Assembly: GCA_002373165.1 (NCBI GenBank)
Contig: DFJS01000067.1
Span: 1,380-65,379 of the forward strand
Source of the DNA: Ruminococcus sp. UBA3665
GTDB lineage: Bacteria > Bacillota > Clostridia > Oscillospirales > Ruminococcaceae
Length of the DNA: 64,000 nt
Direction of reading: 5' to 3'
Of this stretch, positions 1 through 7,631 are shown one piece after another. Made by a program: the position numbers and the translations under genes. The notes beneath the pieces were generated by a model. The model did no database searches. It worked only from the letters and a program-made list of their open reading frames with translations, and had not been told where the DNA came from. The first letter of the stretch is position 1; the number at the start of each line of letters is the position of its first letter.

Positions 1-402
1 TACCTTCACATCGAGGCCTTCTACCCAGAAAGTGCCGGAAGTAGCGGATGTCAGAATATCTGTATACCATTTGTTATCCAGCTGCTTAACGGCTTCGATA
101 AAGGAAGCAACATCCAGAGGCTGTTCCTGGATAGAACCGTCATCCGAGTTCATGGAATTCAGACCAACAGTCAGCTTAGTAGCCCATGCTTCATTGTCCT
201 CCTGCTCGTAGATATGATACTTTTCAATTTCTGTCATAGCAGTTTCCTGGCTGATATTAGTAAAAGTATCAATTGTAACATTTGACGAGCCGACTGCCGG
301 GACAGAATCCTCAGCAAAGGAAGCAAACAGAACAGTTTGTGACAAAGCAAGCGGCACTGTAATAGCAGCGGCCATTGCTCTGTTCAGGAATGACTTCTTC
401 AT
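1..402 (-). CDS. secreted hypothetical protein, N-terminal part (gene runs off the window start)
   Basis: ATG at 402 preceded by a GAGAGAGG RBS. The translation MKKSFLNRAMAAAITVPLALSQTVLFASFAEDS... is signal-peptide-like, and the frame stays open to position 1. Confidence 0.6.
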   Translation of the reverse strand, partial: MKKSFLNRAMAAAITVPLALSQTVLFASFAEDSVPAVGSSNVTIDTFTNISQETAMTEIEKYHIYEQEDNEAWATKLTVGLNSMNSDDGSIQEQPLDVASFIEAVKQLDNKWYTDILTSATSGTFWVEGLDVKV

Positions 403-835
403 TGTTAGATTACCTCTCTCTTCTTTTAAATTTTCTCACATTCTTATGTACCGGATATCACGGCACACCTGTGGAACGTTTTGCCGCTGCCGTGGGGCAG
501 TTACAGAAACGTTTTTATACTACATATTTTAGCATATTATTTTGAGATTGTCAATCCCCTGAAATCATTTTCTTTTAAAATATTGTCGGGACAATTATGA
601 TTTTTTTAGGGAAACTGCACAAATATTTTCTGTTTTATGACCGTTTCAGGCCATTTTTTCCATTATTGGGAACTTTTTGTGAAAGATAATATCCTTTATT
701 TTGGGGAAGAAAAAGCACAAAATCAAAAAAAATATTTATGCTGACTTGCAGAAGGCGTGATAGCTGTTTCCGGCAGAAATCAGGGCAGGCAGAGAAGTTT
801 TTCATGCTGTTCACAAAAAATTTACAAATATTTTG

Positions 836-880
836 AAAAAAATTTAGAAAAGCAAAGTCGGGCGGCATACCCGGCTTTGC
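836..880 (-). terminator. intrinsic terminator after the dockerin protein gene
   Basis: 11-bp stem GCAAAGTCGGG/CCCGGCTTTGC (852-880), followed on the minus strand by a U-rich tract (plus-strand A-run 836-851). It lies 12 nt after the stop at 892. Confidence 0.7.
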
Positions 881-891
881 TCTGGAGTGGT

Positions 892-3321
892 TTAATTGGA
901 TTTAATCGGGCAGTCAGCCTCAGAAATAATACCTACAATCAGTTTCAGGATATTCAGAGAATCTACCGAATCGGGCACTTCGTTCAGATTCAGGTCAGCA
1001 TTGGCAATACCCTGTTCTGTAATGGAATTATCTTTGCCGAGGACGGTTTTATTCATCAGGATGACATCAAGAATATTCACTTTTCCGTCGCAGTCGGCAT
1101 CGCCCCATTTTTGTGCAACAGCCTTTTCCTTGTAGAATACTTCTACAGATTTCAGAGTAACGGAAGAAAGCTCTGTTTCGCCCTGACCGCCGTACCAGAA
1201 ACCGAACTGCAAATTGCCGTATTCTTCGTTAAGATCAATACTTGCAGGAGGCATCCAGGCAATTTCGATATCTCCGGCCTCGGTATTGGTGACAACGTAA
1301 TTCCAGGCGGCATCTTCGGGAGCCCACTGCTGCCATTCGTCGCCGACGGACGCACCTACGCCATAGACAAGCTTATCCAGATCTGTGTCAGCCGATACGG
1401 TAAATACTACTGCATGTACATCATCATTTGCTTCCAGTCCCAGATCTTTTATAAAGCTGATTTCTCCGGACATATCCCCGGATTTGATTTCGCGGTTGAG
1501 TTCGGTCTTTTTGCTTGCAGAATATTTAAAAGTCTGTGTTTCGGTATAAGTCAGCACACCGCCGGCCAGTTCCACAGCGGGAATTTCAGTATATTCCTCG
1601 GCATCCTCCACGCCGTACCAGTACTGGAAGGAGATAGCACCGGAAGTTTCATAAGGCTTGACCTCTTCCGGAACGTCCCAGAATACGTTGAAATATTTGC
1701 CAAGCTTATTTTCTTCTCCTTCAAGGAAATAGCCGTAACCGGGCGTAATGCCGAATTCCACGCCGGCTTCTTCGTATTCAGCAATTTTATCCTGACCCAT
1801 GTCATTATACCAGTAGCCGGCATCATCAGAAACAGCGACACCTTTGGCAGCCTTGGCAGCTTCTGTATCGGCCGGAGACTGATTTTCGACATTCAGGCCG
1901 CCGCCGTACATAAAGCTCTTGACGCTCTGTTCGCTCTGGATGGTTGCCATCAGGGATTCAATTGTGATATTGCCCTTTGCGCCCACGCCCATCAGGCCGA
2001 AATCGGAATAATTGAATTTATGACTGTTCAGAGGATCAGTGCCTTCCACGGGAGTTTTATCTTCTTTGGCATAATATTCTTCGTCATAGCCCTGCGTGAG
2101 AGTAAGAGGTGTTTTAAATTCAATCTGCCGTGCCAGAGTAGCCGTCATCGTGCCGGTACCGTCTTCATTATCGACGAATTCCCATGTACCGCTCTTGCGG
2201 TTCTGAGTTGCGCCGCTCTTTTTAGAGAGGCTGTGTTCATCTTCGGTAGGTTCTTCGCTGGGGTCTTCGGCAGGTGTAGCAGTTTTGGAGCTGTTGACTT
2301 CAATCGATTTGATTGTTACGGTATTTCCGCCGCTGTAGTAATTTCTGAACTCAAATTCGCCGTCGGAATAAGCATCCGTATATTTCACATCGATTTTAGA
2401 AACATCGATAACGATAACACTTTCTCCGCCGGAAGCATTTGCTTTTGCGCCGGCAGCTTCGACTTTCTGGGAATCGACAAAAGAGGTGCCGTCCAGTTCC
2501 ATCCAGTAAGGCGAATCTTTAATGCTGATGCCAAATCCGTAAGAGATGCTTCCGGAATAGTCACCTGTATCCAGTGTCACGGTGATTGTCTTGATACCGC
2601 TGGCAGCGAGATCAACGACTTTTCCTCTGTAAGCATTGGTAGCCGGGTCGGATTTTGTATCATCCGTCAGGACAATACCGTCAGAAACGGGAGCAGTTGT
2701 TTCAGTAGCATCTGTAGCAGAAACGGATTCTGTCGGCGTTTCAGAAGCTTCTGTAGCAGAAACAGATTCTGTCGGTGTTTCAGTAGCTTCTGTAGTCTCT
2801 GCTGTTTCGTTGGCGACTACTTTATTAATAGTAATTTTTCCGCCTGTGCCGCTGTAATAATTTCTGAACTCGAACGTACCGTCATATTCAGAATTATAGG
2901 GGTCGTTATATTTCAGGCTGAGTTTAGAAGTATCAATTGTGACAGTAGTTTCCTTTCCGGCAGTGACAGGAACGGAAACACCCGGAACAGCGACAGTTCC
3001 GCCTTTTGTATCAACCCATGTTTTTCCGTCCCACTCGTACCAGTAGGGGGAAGCATCTGTGCCGATGCCGAATCCATAGGAGAAATTGCCGGTATAATCG
3101 GCTGTGATATGGAATGTCAGGCTTTTGATGCCGCTTGCAGCGATATCGCCTGTTTTGCCTTTGTAAACGCCGTCAACTGCCAGAACATCCAGTGCAGCAG
3201 CAGAAGCCGTTACCGAAACGAGTTCGGCATAAGACGGCAGTGCGAAAGCGGCTGCCGAAATACACATAACAGCTGCAACAGCAGCAGCTTTCATGCGGTT
3301 GGTCATAGCTTTAGTAATCAT
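892..3321 (-). CDS. secreted dockerin-containing multi-module protein (cellulosome/amylosome-type component); no catalytic domain recognised
   Basis: ORF 892-3345. The likely start is the ATG at 3321 (GAAAGGAA RBS 9 nt upstream). Signal peptide MTNRMKAAAVAAVMCISAAAFA; C-terminal dockerin GDADCDGKVNILDVILMNKTVLGK...SLNILKLIVG. Two duplicated ~115-aa modules are joined by a T/E/S linker. Confidence 0.85.
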   Translation of the reverse strand: MITKAMTNRMKAAAVAAVMCISAAAFALPSYAELVSVTASAAALDVLAVDGVYKGKTGDIAASGIKSLTFHITADYTGNFSYGFGIGTDASPYWYEWDGKTWVDTKGGTVAVPGVSVPVTAGKETTVTIDTSKLSLKYNDPYNSEYDGTFEFRNYYSGTGGKITINKVVANETAETTEATETPTESVSATEASETPTESVSATDATETTAPVSDGIVLTDDTKSDPATNAYRGKVVDLAASGIKTITVTLDTGDYSGSISYGFGISIKDSPYWMELDGTSFVDSQKVEAAGAKANASGGESVIVIDVSKIDVKYTDAYSDGEFEFRNYYSGGNTVTIKSIEVNSSKTATPAEDPSEEPTEDEHSLSKKSGATQNRKSGTWEFVDNEDGTGTMTATLARQIEFKTPLTLTQGYDEEYYAKEDKTPVEGTDPLNSHKFNYSDFGLMGVGAKGNITIESLMATIQSEQSVKSFMYGGGLNVENQSPADTEAAKAAKGVAVSDDAGYWYNDMGQDKIAEYEEAGVEFGITPGYGYFLEGEENKLGKYFNVFWDVPEEVKPYETSGAISFQYWYGVEDAEEYTEIPAVELAGGVLTYTETQTFKYSASKKTELNREIKSGDMSGEISFIKDLGLEANDDVHAVVFTVSADTDLDKLVYGVGASVGDEWQQWAPEDAAWNYVVTNTEAGDIEIAWMPPASIDLNEEYGNLQFGFWYGGQGETELSSVTLKSVEVFYKEKAVAQKWGDADCDGKVNILDVILMNKTVLGKDNSITEQGIANADLNLNEVPDSVDSLNILKLIVGIISEADCPIKSN
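2701..2795. repeat. 39-nt tandem repeat (~2.4 copies) encoding the linker SATEASETPTESV
   Basis: TCTGTAGCAGAAACGGATTCTGTCGGCGTTTCAGAAGCT (2711-2749) is repeated with 3 mismatches at 2750-2788, with partial copies on both flanks. Confidence 0.85.
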
Positions 3322-3397
3322 AATTCTATCTTCCTTTCTGAACATTATATTACGTACGAATCTTATGCACAGTGATGATAAAAATTGTTCACTGTGC

Positions 3398-3443
3398 GTT
3401 CACAATTTTATTATATCACAAACGCGCCCGGAATTTGTGAACA
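3398..3443 (-). promoter_or_regulatory. extended -10 promoter (TGaTATAAT) bracketed by the inverted repeat GTTCACAA/TTGTGAAC, upstream of the dockerin gene
   Basis: The minus strand reads GTTCACAAATT-N-TGTGATATAAT-AA-AATTGTGAAC. The arms lie at 3432-3443 and 3398-3407, and the -10 at 3410-3418. Confidence 0.45.
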
Positions 3444-3563
3444 TTTTATGAAATTTATGAATTTTCCGGATTTTTTATGTAGAAAATTTCTTTCATAATT
3501 CAGTAATTTTTACTAAATTATGAATATTCTAAAGATAAATTTAAGAAATTGCATAAAACTATA

Positions 3564-3596
3564 CAAAAAAATTCCCTTTTTGCAAGGGAATTTTTA
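3564..3596 (-). terminator. intrinsic (bidirectional-looking) terminator after recR
   Basis: Stem ATTCCCTT/AAGGGAAT (3571-3591) flanked by A-runs and T-runs, immediately after the recR stop at 3597. Confidence 0.75.
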
Positions 3597-4199
3597 TCAC
3601 ATGATATTTCTGTTTTCTAGAGCTTTGTAAAGCGTGACTTCGTCAGCATATTCCAGCTGACCGCCTACCGGCAGTCCGAATGCCAGCCGGGAGACTTTCA
3701 CGCCCAGCGGCTTGAGCAGCTGAGAAATATAAGCCGCCGTGGCATCGCCTTCCACAGTGGGATTTGTCGCCATAATCACTTCCTGAATTCCTCCCTGCTG
3801 CACCCGCGCGACAAGCGAACGGATTTTCAGGTCATCCGGCAGAATATTTTTCAGCGGAGAAATCAGGCCATGCAGTACATGATATACGCCTTTATATTCG
3901 CCTGTCCGCTCGAATGCCGAAATATCCTTCGGCGTTTCGACTACACAGACAACAGAGCGGTCTCTTGCATCATCTTCGCAGACAGGGCAGAATTCTTTAT
4001 CTGTGAGATTTTCACAGCAGCGGCAGAAATGAACTGTACGCCGGGCATTCAGCAAAGCATTGGCAAAAGCTTCTACCTCGGCCGCCTCCATCGACATAAC
4101 ATGATAGGCAAGCCGGGCAGCGGATTTTGCTCCGATACCCGGCAGTTTTGCGAACTGTTCTGTCAGTACGACAAGCGGCAGTGCATCATAATTCGCCAT
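3597..4199 (-). CDS. recR: recombination protein RecR
   Basis: 200 aa with HhH (LPGIGAKSAARLAYH), a C4 zinc finger (CRCCENLTDKEFCPVC) and a Toprim region. Conserved dnaX-ybaB-recR synteny. Confidence 0.95.
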   Translation of the reverse strand: MANYDALPLVVLTEQFAKLPGIGAKSAARLAYHVMSMEAAEVEAFANALLNARRTVHFCRCCENLTDKEFCPVCEDDARDRSVVCVVETPKDISAFERTGEYKGVYHVLHGLISPLKNILPDDLKIRSLVARVQQGGIQEVIMATNPTVEGDATAAYISQLLKPLGVKVSRLAFGLPVGGQLEYADEVTLYKALENRNIM

Positions 4200-4204
4200 A
4201 TTGT

Positions 4205-4558
4205 TTAGAATAAGCCGGGCAGAGAAACGCCGCCGGTAATTTTGCTCATTTCGTTCTCGGTAGTTTCTTCAATCTGGCTGACTGCTTCGTTGACAGCACT
4301 GATAATCAGATCCTGAAGCATTTCGACATCTTCGGGGTCAACGGCTTCTTTTTTGATTGTCAGGGATTTGATAGTTTTCTTACCGGTCATGACGAGTTCG
4401 ACTGCGCCGCCGCCGGCAGTTGTAGTAAAGTCACGGGCTTCGATATCGTCCTGGAGTTCGGTAATCTGATCCTGCATTCTCTGTGCCTGACGGATCATAG
4501 AATTCATGTTCTGATTCTGGGCGTTATTGCGTGCGCCCTGGGGGATTCTTGCCTTCAT
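4205..4558 (-). CDS. ybaB: YbaB/EbfC family nucleoid-associated DNA-binding protein
   Basis: 117 aa with the typical ...MIRQAQRMQDQITELQDDIE...GGGAVELVMTGKK... sequence, positioned between dnaX and recR. Confidence 0.9.
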   Translation of the reverse strand: MKARIPQGARNNAQNQNMNSMIRQAQRMQDQITELQDDIEARDFTTTAGGGAVELVMTGKKTIKSLTIKKEAVDPEDVEMLQDLIISAVNEAVSQIEETTENEMSKITGGVSLPGLF

Positions 4559-4606
4559 AAAAATTTCTCCTTTGTGATTAAAATAAAATAATAAAATTCT
4601 TTGGAT

Positions 4607-6184
4607 TTATATCGCAGTGGTAGCGATGCCACTGTTTTTTGCGCGTTCTATCATTTCTTCCACAGTTCTGGGCTTTATGGCCTCGGCGGAGCATTTTGCC
4701 TGAATGACAAAGCGTCTTCCGGTAACACGGTACACAGCTTCATGTAAGGCATTGGCATTTTCTCTCTGCCGGAACAATGACATAAACAGCGGATTTTCAG
4801 CAGTAATCCGCAGGATATTGGCACAGGCAACTGCCGTTGCACCGGCAAGCGTACCCAACACGGCCGGGCTGAGTTTTCCGCATTCTTCCAGAACTTCATT
4901 CCACTGGGCAAAGGGCTTGAAATCGGATGCTTTCAGCGATCTGGGATCCACTTCCGGCTTAGTTTCTGAAATAGGAGAAGTCTGCGGCTTTGTCAGCGGA
5001 TGCGGTTCGCTCTGTGACGGCTGATGCTGTTCCAGCATTTGAATTCTTTCCATAATCTGCTGGAGCTCGGCAGAATTCACAGCATTGGAAGCAGTCTGAA
5101 CCGTACGTGTACTGCACATCCGGACGAAGGTCATTTCCAGTTCCACGCGTTTGTCAACGGCTCTGGCCATACGTTCGCGGCAGTTCTGGAAGAGATTCAG
5201 AATCTGCATAACAGAAGGCAAATCCTGTTCGGCCGCGAGTTTTTGCAGGAGCGGAACTTCCTCTTCCATGCAGTGCAGGAGAGAAAGATCTCCGGCGGCT
5301 TTCAGCAGCATGACATCTCTCTGCATAAGAATCAGTTCTTCACACAGTCTCTGCAAATCTTTGGACTGTTCATGCAGCCCGGCGATTATTTCCAGAATAC
5401 CGGAAATATCTTTCTGCTGAATTTTTTGCAGAATCCGGATTAAATACTCTCTTCCGGCAGTTCCGGCGGCTTCGGCAGTCAGCTGTGCCGTAATGGTATC
5501 GCCATAGGCGGCGCACCGGTCAAGGAGTGAGATAGCATCTCTCATACCGCCGTCGGAAAGCCTTGCCATCAGTTCGGCAGCAGATTTTTCAAGGCTGATC
5601 TGTTCCTGTGCGGCGATATACATCAGCCGGGAAACAAGATCTTTCTGCTGAATGCGTCGGAAGTCATATCTCTGACATCTGGAAATAATTGTTGCTGGAA
5701 CTCTATGAATTTCCGTTGTAGCAAGAATAAACTTGACATAAGGCGGCGGTTCTTCCATAATTTTCAGCAGGGCATTGAATGCGCTTGCCGAGAGCATATG
5801 CACCTCGTCGATGATATAAATCCGGAAGCGGCCTTTTTCGGGAGTATAGACCGTACCGTCGCGCAGATCGCGGATATCTTCCACGCTGTTGTTAGAAGCG
5901 GCATCAATCTCGACCAGATCGGACAGAATGCCCTGTTCTGCGGCTTTGCAGAGACTGCATTCCAGGCAGGGATTTCCCTCCGGGGTAAGATGTTCGCAGT
6001 TGACGGCTTTGGCCAGAATTCTGGCGCAGGTAGTTTTTCCGGTACCGCGGGAGCCGGTAAACAGGTAAGCATGTGCAGCAGTGCCGGCTTTCAGCTGATT
6101 GCGGAGTGTTGCCGTGACCTGCGGCTGTGAGAGCACATCGTCGAACGTCATCGGCCGCCATTTTCTGTATAACGCCTGATACAA
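4607..6184 (-). CDS. dnaX: DNA polymerase III subunit gamma/tau
   Basis: YQALYRKWRPMTFDDV..., Walker A GSRGTGKTT, DEVHML. The likely start is the TTG at 6184 with a GGAAAGAGGTG RBS. The longer ORF to 6253 would overlap the SRP RNA. Confidence 0.92.
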   Translation of the reverse strand: MYQALYRKWRPMTFDDVLSQPQVTATLRNQLKAGTAAHAYLFTGSRGTGKTTCARILAKAVNCEHLTPEGNPCLECSLCKAAEQGILSDLVEIDAASNNSVEDIRDLRDGTVYTPEKGRFRIYIIDEVHMLSASAFNALLKIMEEPPPYVKFILATTEIHRVPATIISRCQRYDFRRIQQKDLVSRLMYIAAQEQISLEKSAAELMARLSDGGMRDAISLLDRCAAYGDTITAQLTAEAAGTAGREYLIRILQKIQQKDISGILEIIAGLHEQSKDLQRLCEELILMQRDVMLLKAAGDLSLLHCMEEEVPLLQKLAAEQDLPSVMQILNLFQNCRERMARAVDKRVELEMTFVRMCSTRTVQTASNAVNSAELQQIMERIQMLEQHQPSQSEPHPLTKPQTSPISETKPEVDPRSLKASDFKPFAQWNEVLEECGKLSPAVLGTLAGATAVACANILRITAENPLFMSLFRQRENANALHEAVYRVTGRRFVIQAKCSAEAIKPRTVEEMIERAKNSGIATTAI

Positions 6185-6217
6185 TAGAAGCACCTCTTTC
6201 CCAGCACTCAAAAAAAA

Positions 6218-6342
6218 TTCGGAACATAGGTGTGCAGGCTTGCTGCGGCACATGAGACAATCCGCTTAATGCTGCTCGCTTCCACGCCTGACATGGTTCA
6301 CGGCGAATCATTGCACAGGGCCCGCACACCTATATTCCGAAC
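6218..6342 (-). ncRNA. ffs: signal recognition particle RNA (small 4.5S-type)
   Basis: The minus strand forms a long hairpin (GGAATATAGGTGTGCGGG...CCTGCACACCTATGTTCC). Its apex CCATGTCAGGCGTGGAAGCGAGCAGCA matches the conserved SRP domain IV (GUCAGGxxxGGAAGxxAGCAGC). It ends in a U-run and sits in the classic position directly upstream of dnaX. Confidence 0.8.
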
Positions 6343-6352
6343 TCTAGAAATT

Positions 6353-6381
6353 ATTATAGCATATTTTCAAAAAAAAAGCAA
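6353..6381 (-). promoter_or_regulatory. promoter of ffs (and probably dnaX-ybaB-recR by read-through)
   Basis: Minus strand TTGCTT-17 nt-TATAAT with an extended TG (TGCTATAAT), about 10 nt upstream of the SRP hairpin. Confidence 0.6.
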
Positions 6382-6489
6382 GAGTCAAAACAGAATTTTC
6401 TGCAATCCGGGCTGTTTTTGGTTACATTGTCAAAAATAAAAAGCAATTTTTGTGCATGTCTACAAAAATTTTTATTTTTAAAAAAATAC

Positions 6490-6518
6490 TTGTAAACCAC
6501 TGAAAATTTTGGTATAAT
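6490..6518 (+). promoter_or_regulatory. sigma-A type promoter with no downstream ORF
   Basis: TTGTAA-17 nt-TATAAT. Confidence 0.5.
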
Positions 6519-6524
6519 GAAATT

Positions 6525-6609
6525 GGAAAATGATTTCTAACCTCTTTCTCTTATTTTTTGCTGAAAAAGGCATGGCTTGGCTGTGTCTTTTTCGCTTCTT
6601 TCTTTTTTC
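6525..6609 (+). ncRNA. candidate small RNA (~85 nt) with a CU-rich motif
   Basis: Lies between the promoter at 6490-6518 and an intrinsic terminator (stem GAAAAAGGCA/TGTCTTTTTC, 6563-6593, plus a T-rich tail to 6609). No RBS-preceded ORF. Contains ACCTCTTTCTC. Confidence 0.3.
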
Positions 6610-6616
6610 AGGAAAT

Positions 6617-6651
6617 AAAAGGCATTTCTTTTTTGGGAAGAAATGCCTTTT
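6617..6651 (-). terminator. intrinsic terminator after the SCP2-domain gene (bidirectional hairpin)
   Basis: AAAAGGCATTTCTT/AAGAAATGCCTTTT 14-bp stem with flanking A-runs and T-runs. Confidence 0.75.
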
Positions 6652-6682
6652 CGTGTTGTATCTTAAATAAAGAAATACAGAA

Positions 6683-7276
6683 TTACTTGTCTGTAGTTTT
6701 CTTGGTGGTTTTCTTAGTGGTTTTCTTTGCAGCAGGTTCTTTAGCAGCATCGGTTTTCTTTTCAGTTTCAGCCTTGGGCTTTCTGCCTTTTTTTACGGGC
6801 TTAACCTCTTCCTTAGCAGGTTCTTCACCTGCAAATGCCAGCTGACCTTCTTCGGGTTCTTCTGCTTTTACAGCAGCATCGGCTGTTTTTTCGGCATCAG
6901 CAGTTTCTTTCTTGGCCTTGGATTTTTTAGCAGGCTTTTCTTCCGCAGGAGCAGCCGGAATAATACCGCTGAGCAGCAGAGCCTTGTCCCAGTCGCCGTC
7001 GTGAGCAATACTGCCTTCTGTTACCGCAGCTTCCAGAGTTTTTTTGCCCTGAGCGACTGCCAGAATTTCGTCGCCGTTTCCTGTCAGCAGAAAATCGCGG
7101 TCGTTGTAATCATACGGTTCTACGCTGAGTGCGCCGTCCTTGATTTCGATATAGAATGCGCCCTCGGCATCTCCTGTTACGTTCACCTGTGCAGCGATAT
7201 GCTCCTCAATCTTAGAAGCTTCTGCCTTTGCAACGAGTGCAATTCTAACCGTTTTTACCAGTTCATGATAAGTCAT
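6683..7276 (-). CDS. SCP2 (sterol-carrier-like) domain protein with a Lys/Ala/Glu/Pro-rich histone-H1-like C-terminal tail
   Basis: Likely start is the ATG at 7276 (AAAGGTGA RBS). The N-terminal ~110 aa are SCP2-like. The tail is ...PAKKSKAKKETADAEK...KPVKKGRKPK...AAKKTTKKTTKKTTDK. Confidence 0.65.
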   Translation of the reverse strand: MTYHELVKTVRIALVAKAEASKIEEHIAAQVNVTGDAEGAFYIEIKDGALSVEPYDYNDRDFLLTGNGDEILAVAQGKKTLEAAVTEGSIAHDGDWDKALLLSGIIPAAPAEEKPAKKSKAKKETADAEKTADAAVKAEEPEEGQLAFAGEEPAKEEVKPVKKGRKPKAETEKKTDAAKEPAAKKTTKKTTKKTTDK

Positions 7277-7361
7277 TGCCTTTTTCACCTTTCTTTTCTT
7301 CAGTTGCAGCAAGCGAATTAAATTAACGCATGACCGCAGATTATTATTGGCTTATGGGAAT

Positions 7362-7390
7362 ATTATACAAGATAATTAGCCGTTCGTCAA
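7362..7390 (-). promoter_or_regulatory. promoter of the SCP2-domain gene
   Basis: Minus strand TTGACG-17 nt-TATAAT with an extended TG. Confidence 0.55.
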
Positions 7391-7567
7391 TGAAAAAACG
7401 AAATTTTCTCTATTTAGCACAACTTTTTCTTAATTTCAGTGCATTTTTTCAGACAAAAATTCAAATTCAGCCCATATTGCCGAAAAAAGTCATTTTTTGG
7501 CTTTTCTTTTCTTTGTGCAGTTTTTTGTCTTTTTATACAAAGAAATGAAAAAAATGTGAAATATCTC

Positions 7568-7596
7568 TTGACTATTTCAGTAAAAAAGAGTATAAT
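7568..7596 (+). promoter_or_regulatory. promoter of glgA
   Basis: TTGACT-17 nt-TATAAT, 35 nt upstream of the RBS GGAGGG and the TTG start. Confidence 0.65.
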
Positions 7597-7631
7597 AGAA
7601 TTATAAACAAACTATTCAAGGAGGGATTTCT

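Noticed and set aside
757-3375. 872-aa plus-strand ORF, the longest in this region of the track
   Set aside because: It is entirely antisense to the 892-3321 dockerin gene. Its translation is low-complexity (F/I/C/S/R-rich) with no RBS or domain signature, while the minus-strand product has a signal peptide, repeats and a dockerin. It is a shadow ORF produced by codon bias.
3386-3404. Possible catabolite-responsive element (cre) TGTGAACGCACAGTGAACA on the minus strand
   Set aside because: It does not fit the TGNAANCGNWNNCA consensus at the key positions. It is reported only as a generic repeat motif.
6185-6253. N-terminal extension of dnaX (track start at 6253)
   Set aside because: It would overlap the SRP RNA hairpin. 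A TTG at 6184 with a GGAAAGAGGTG RBS gives the conserved YQALYRKWRP N-terminus.
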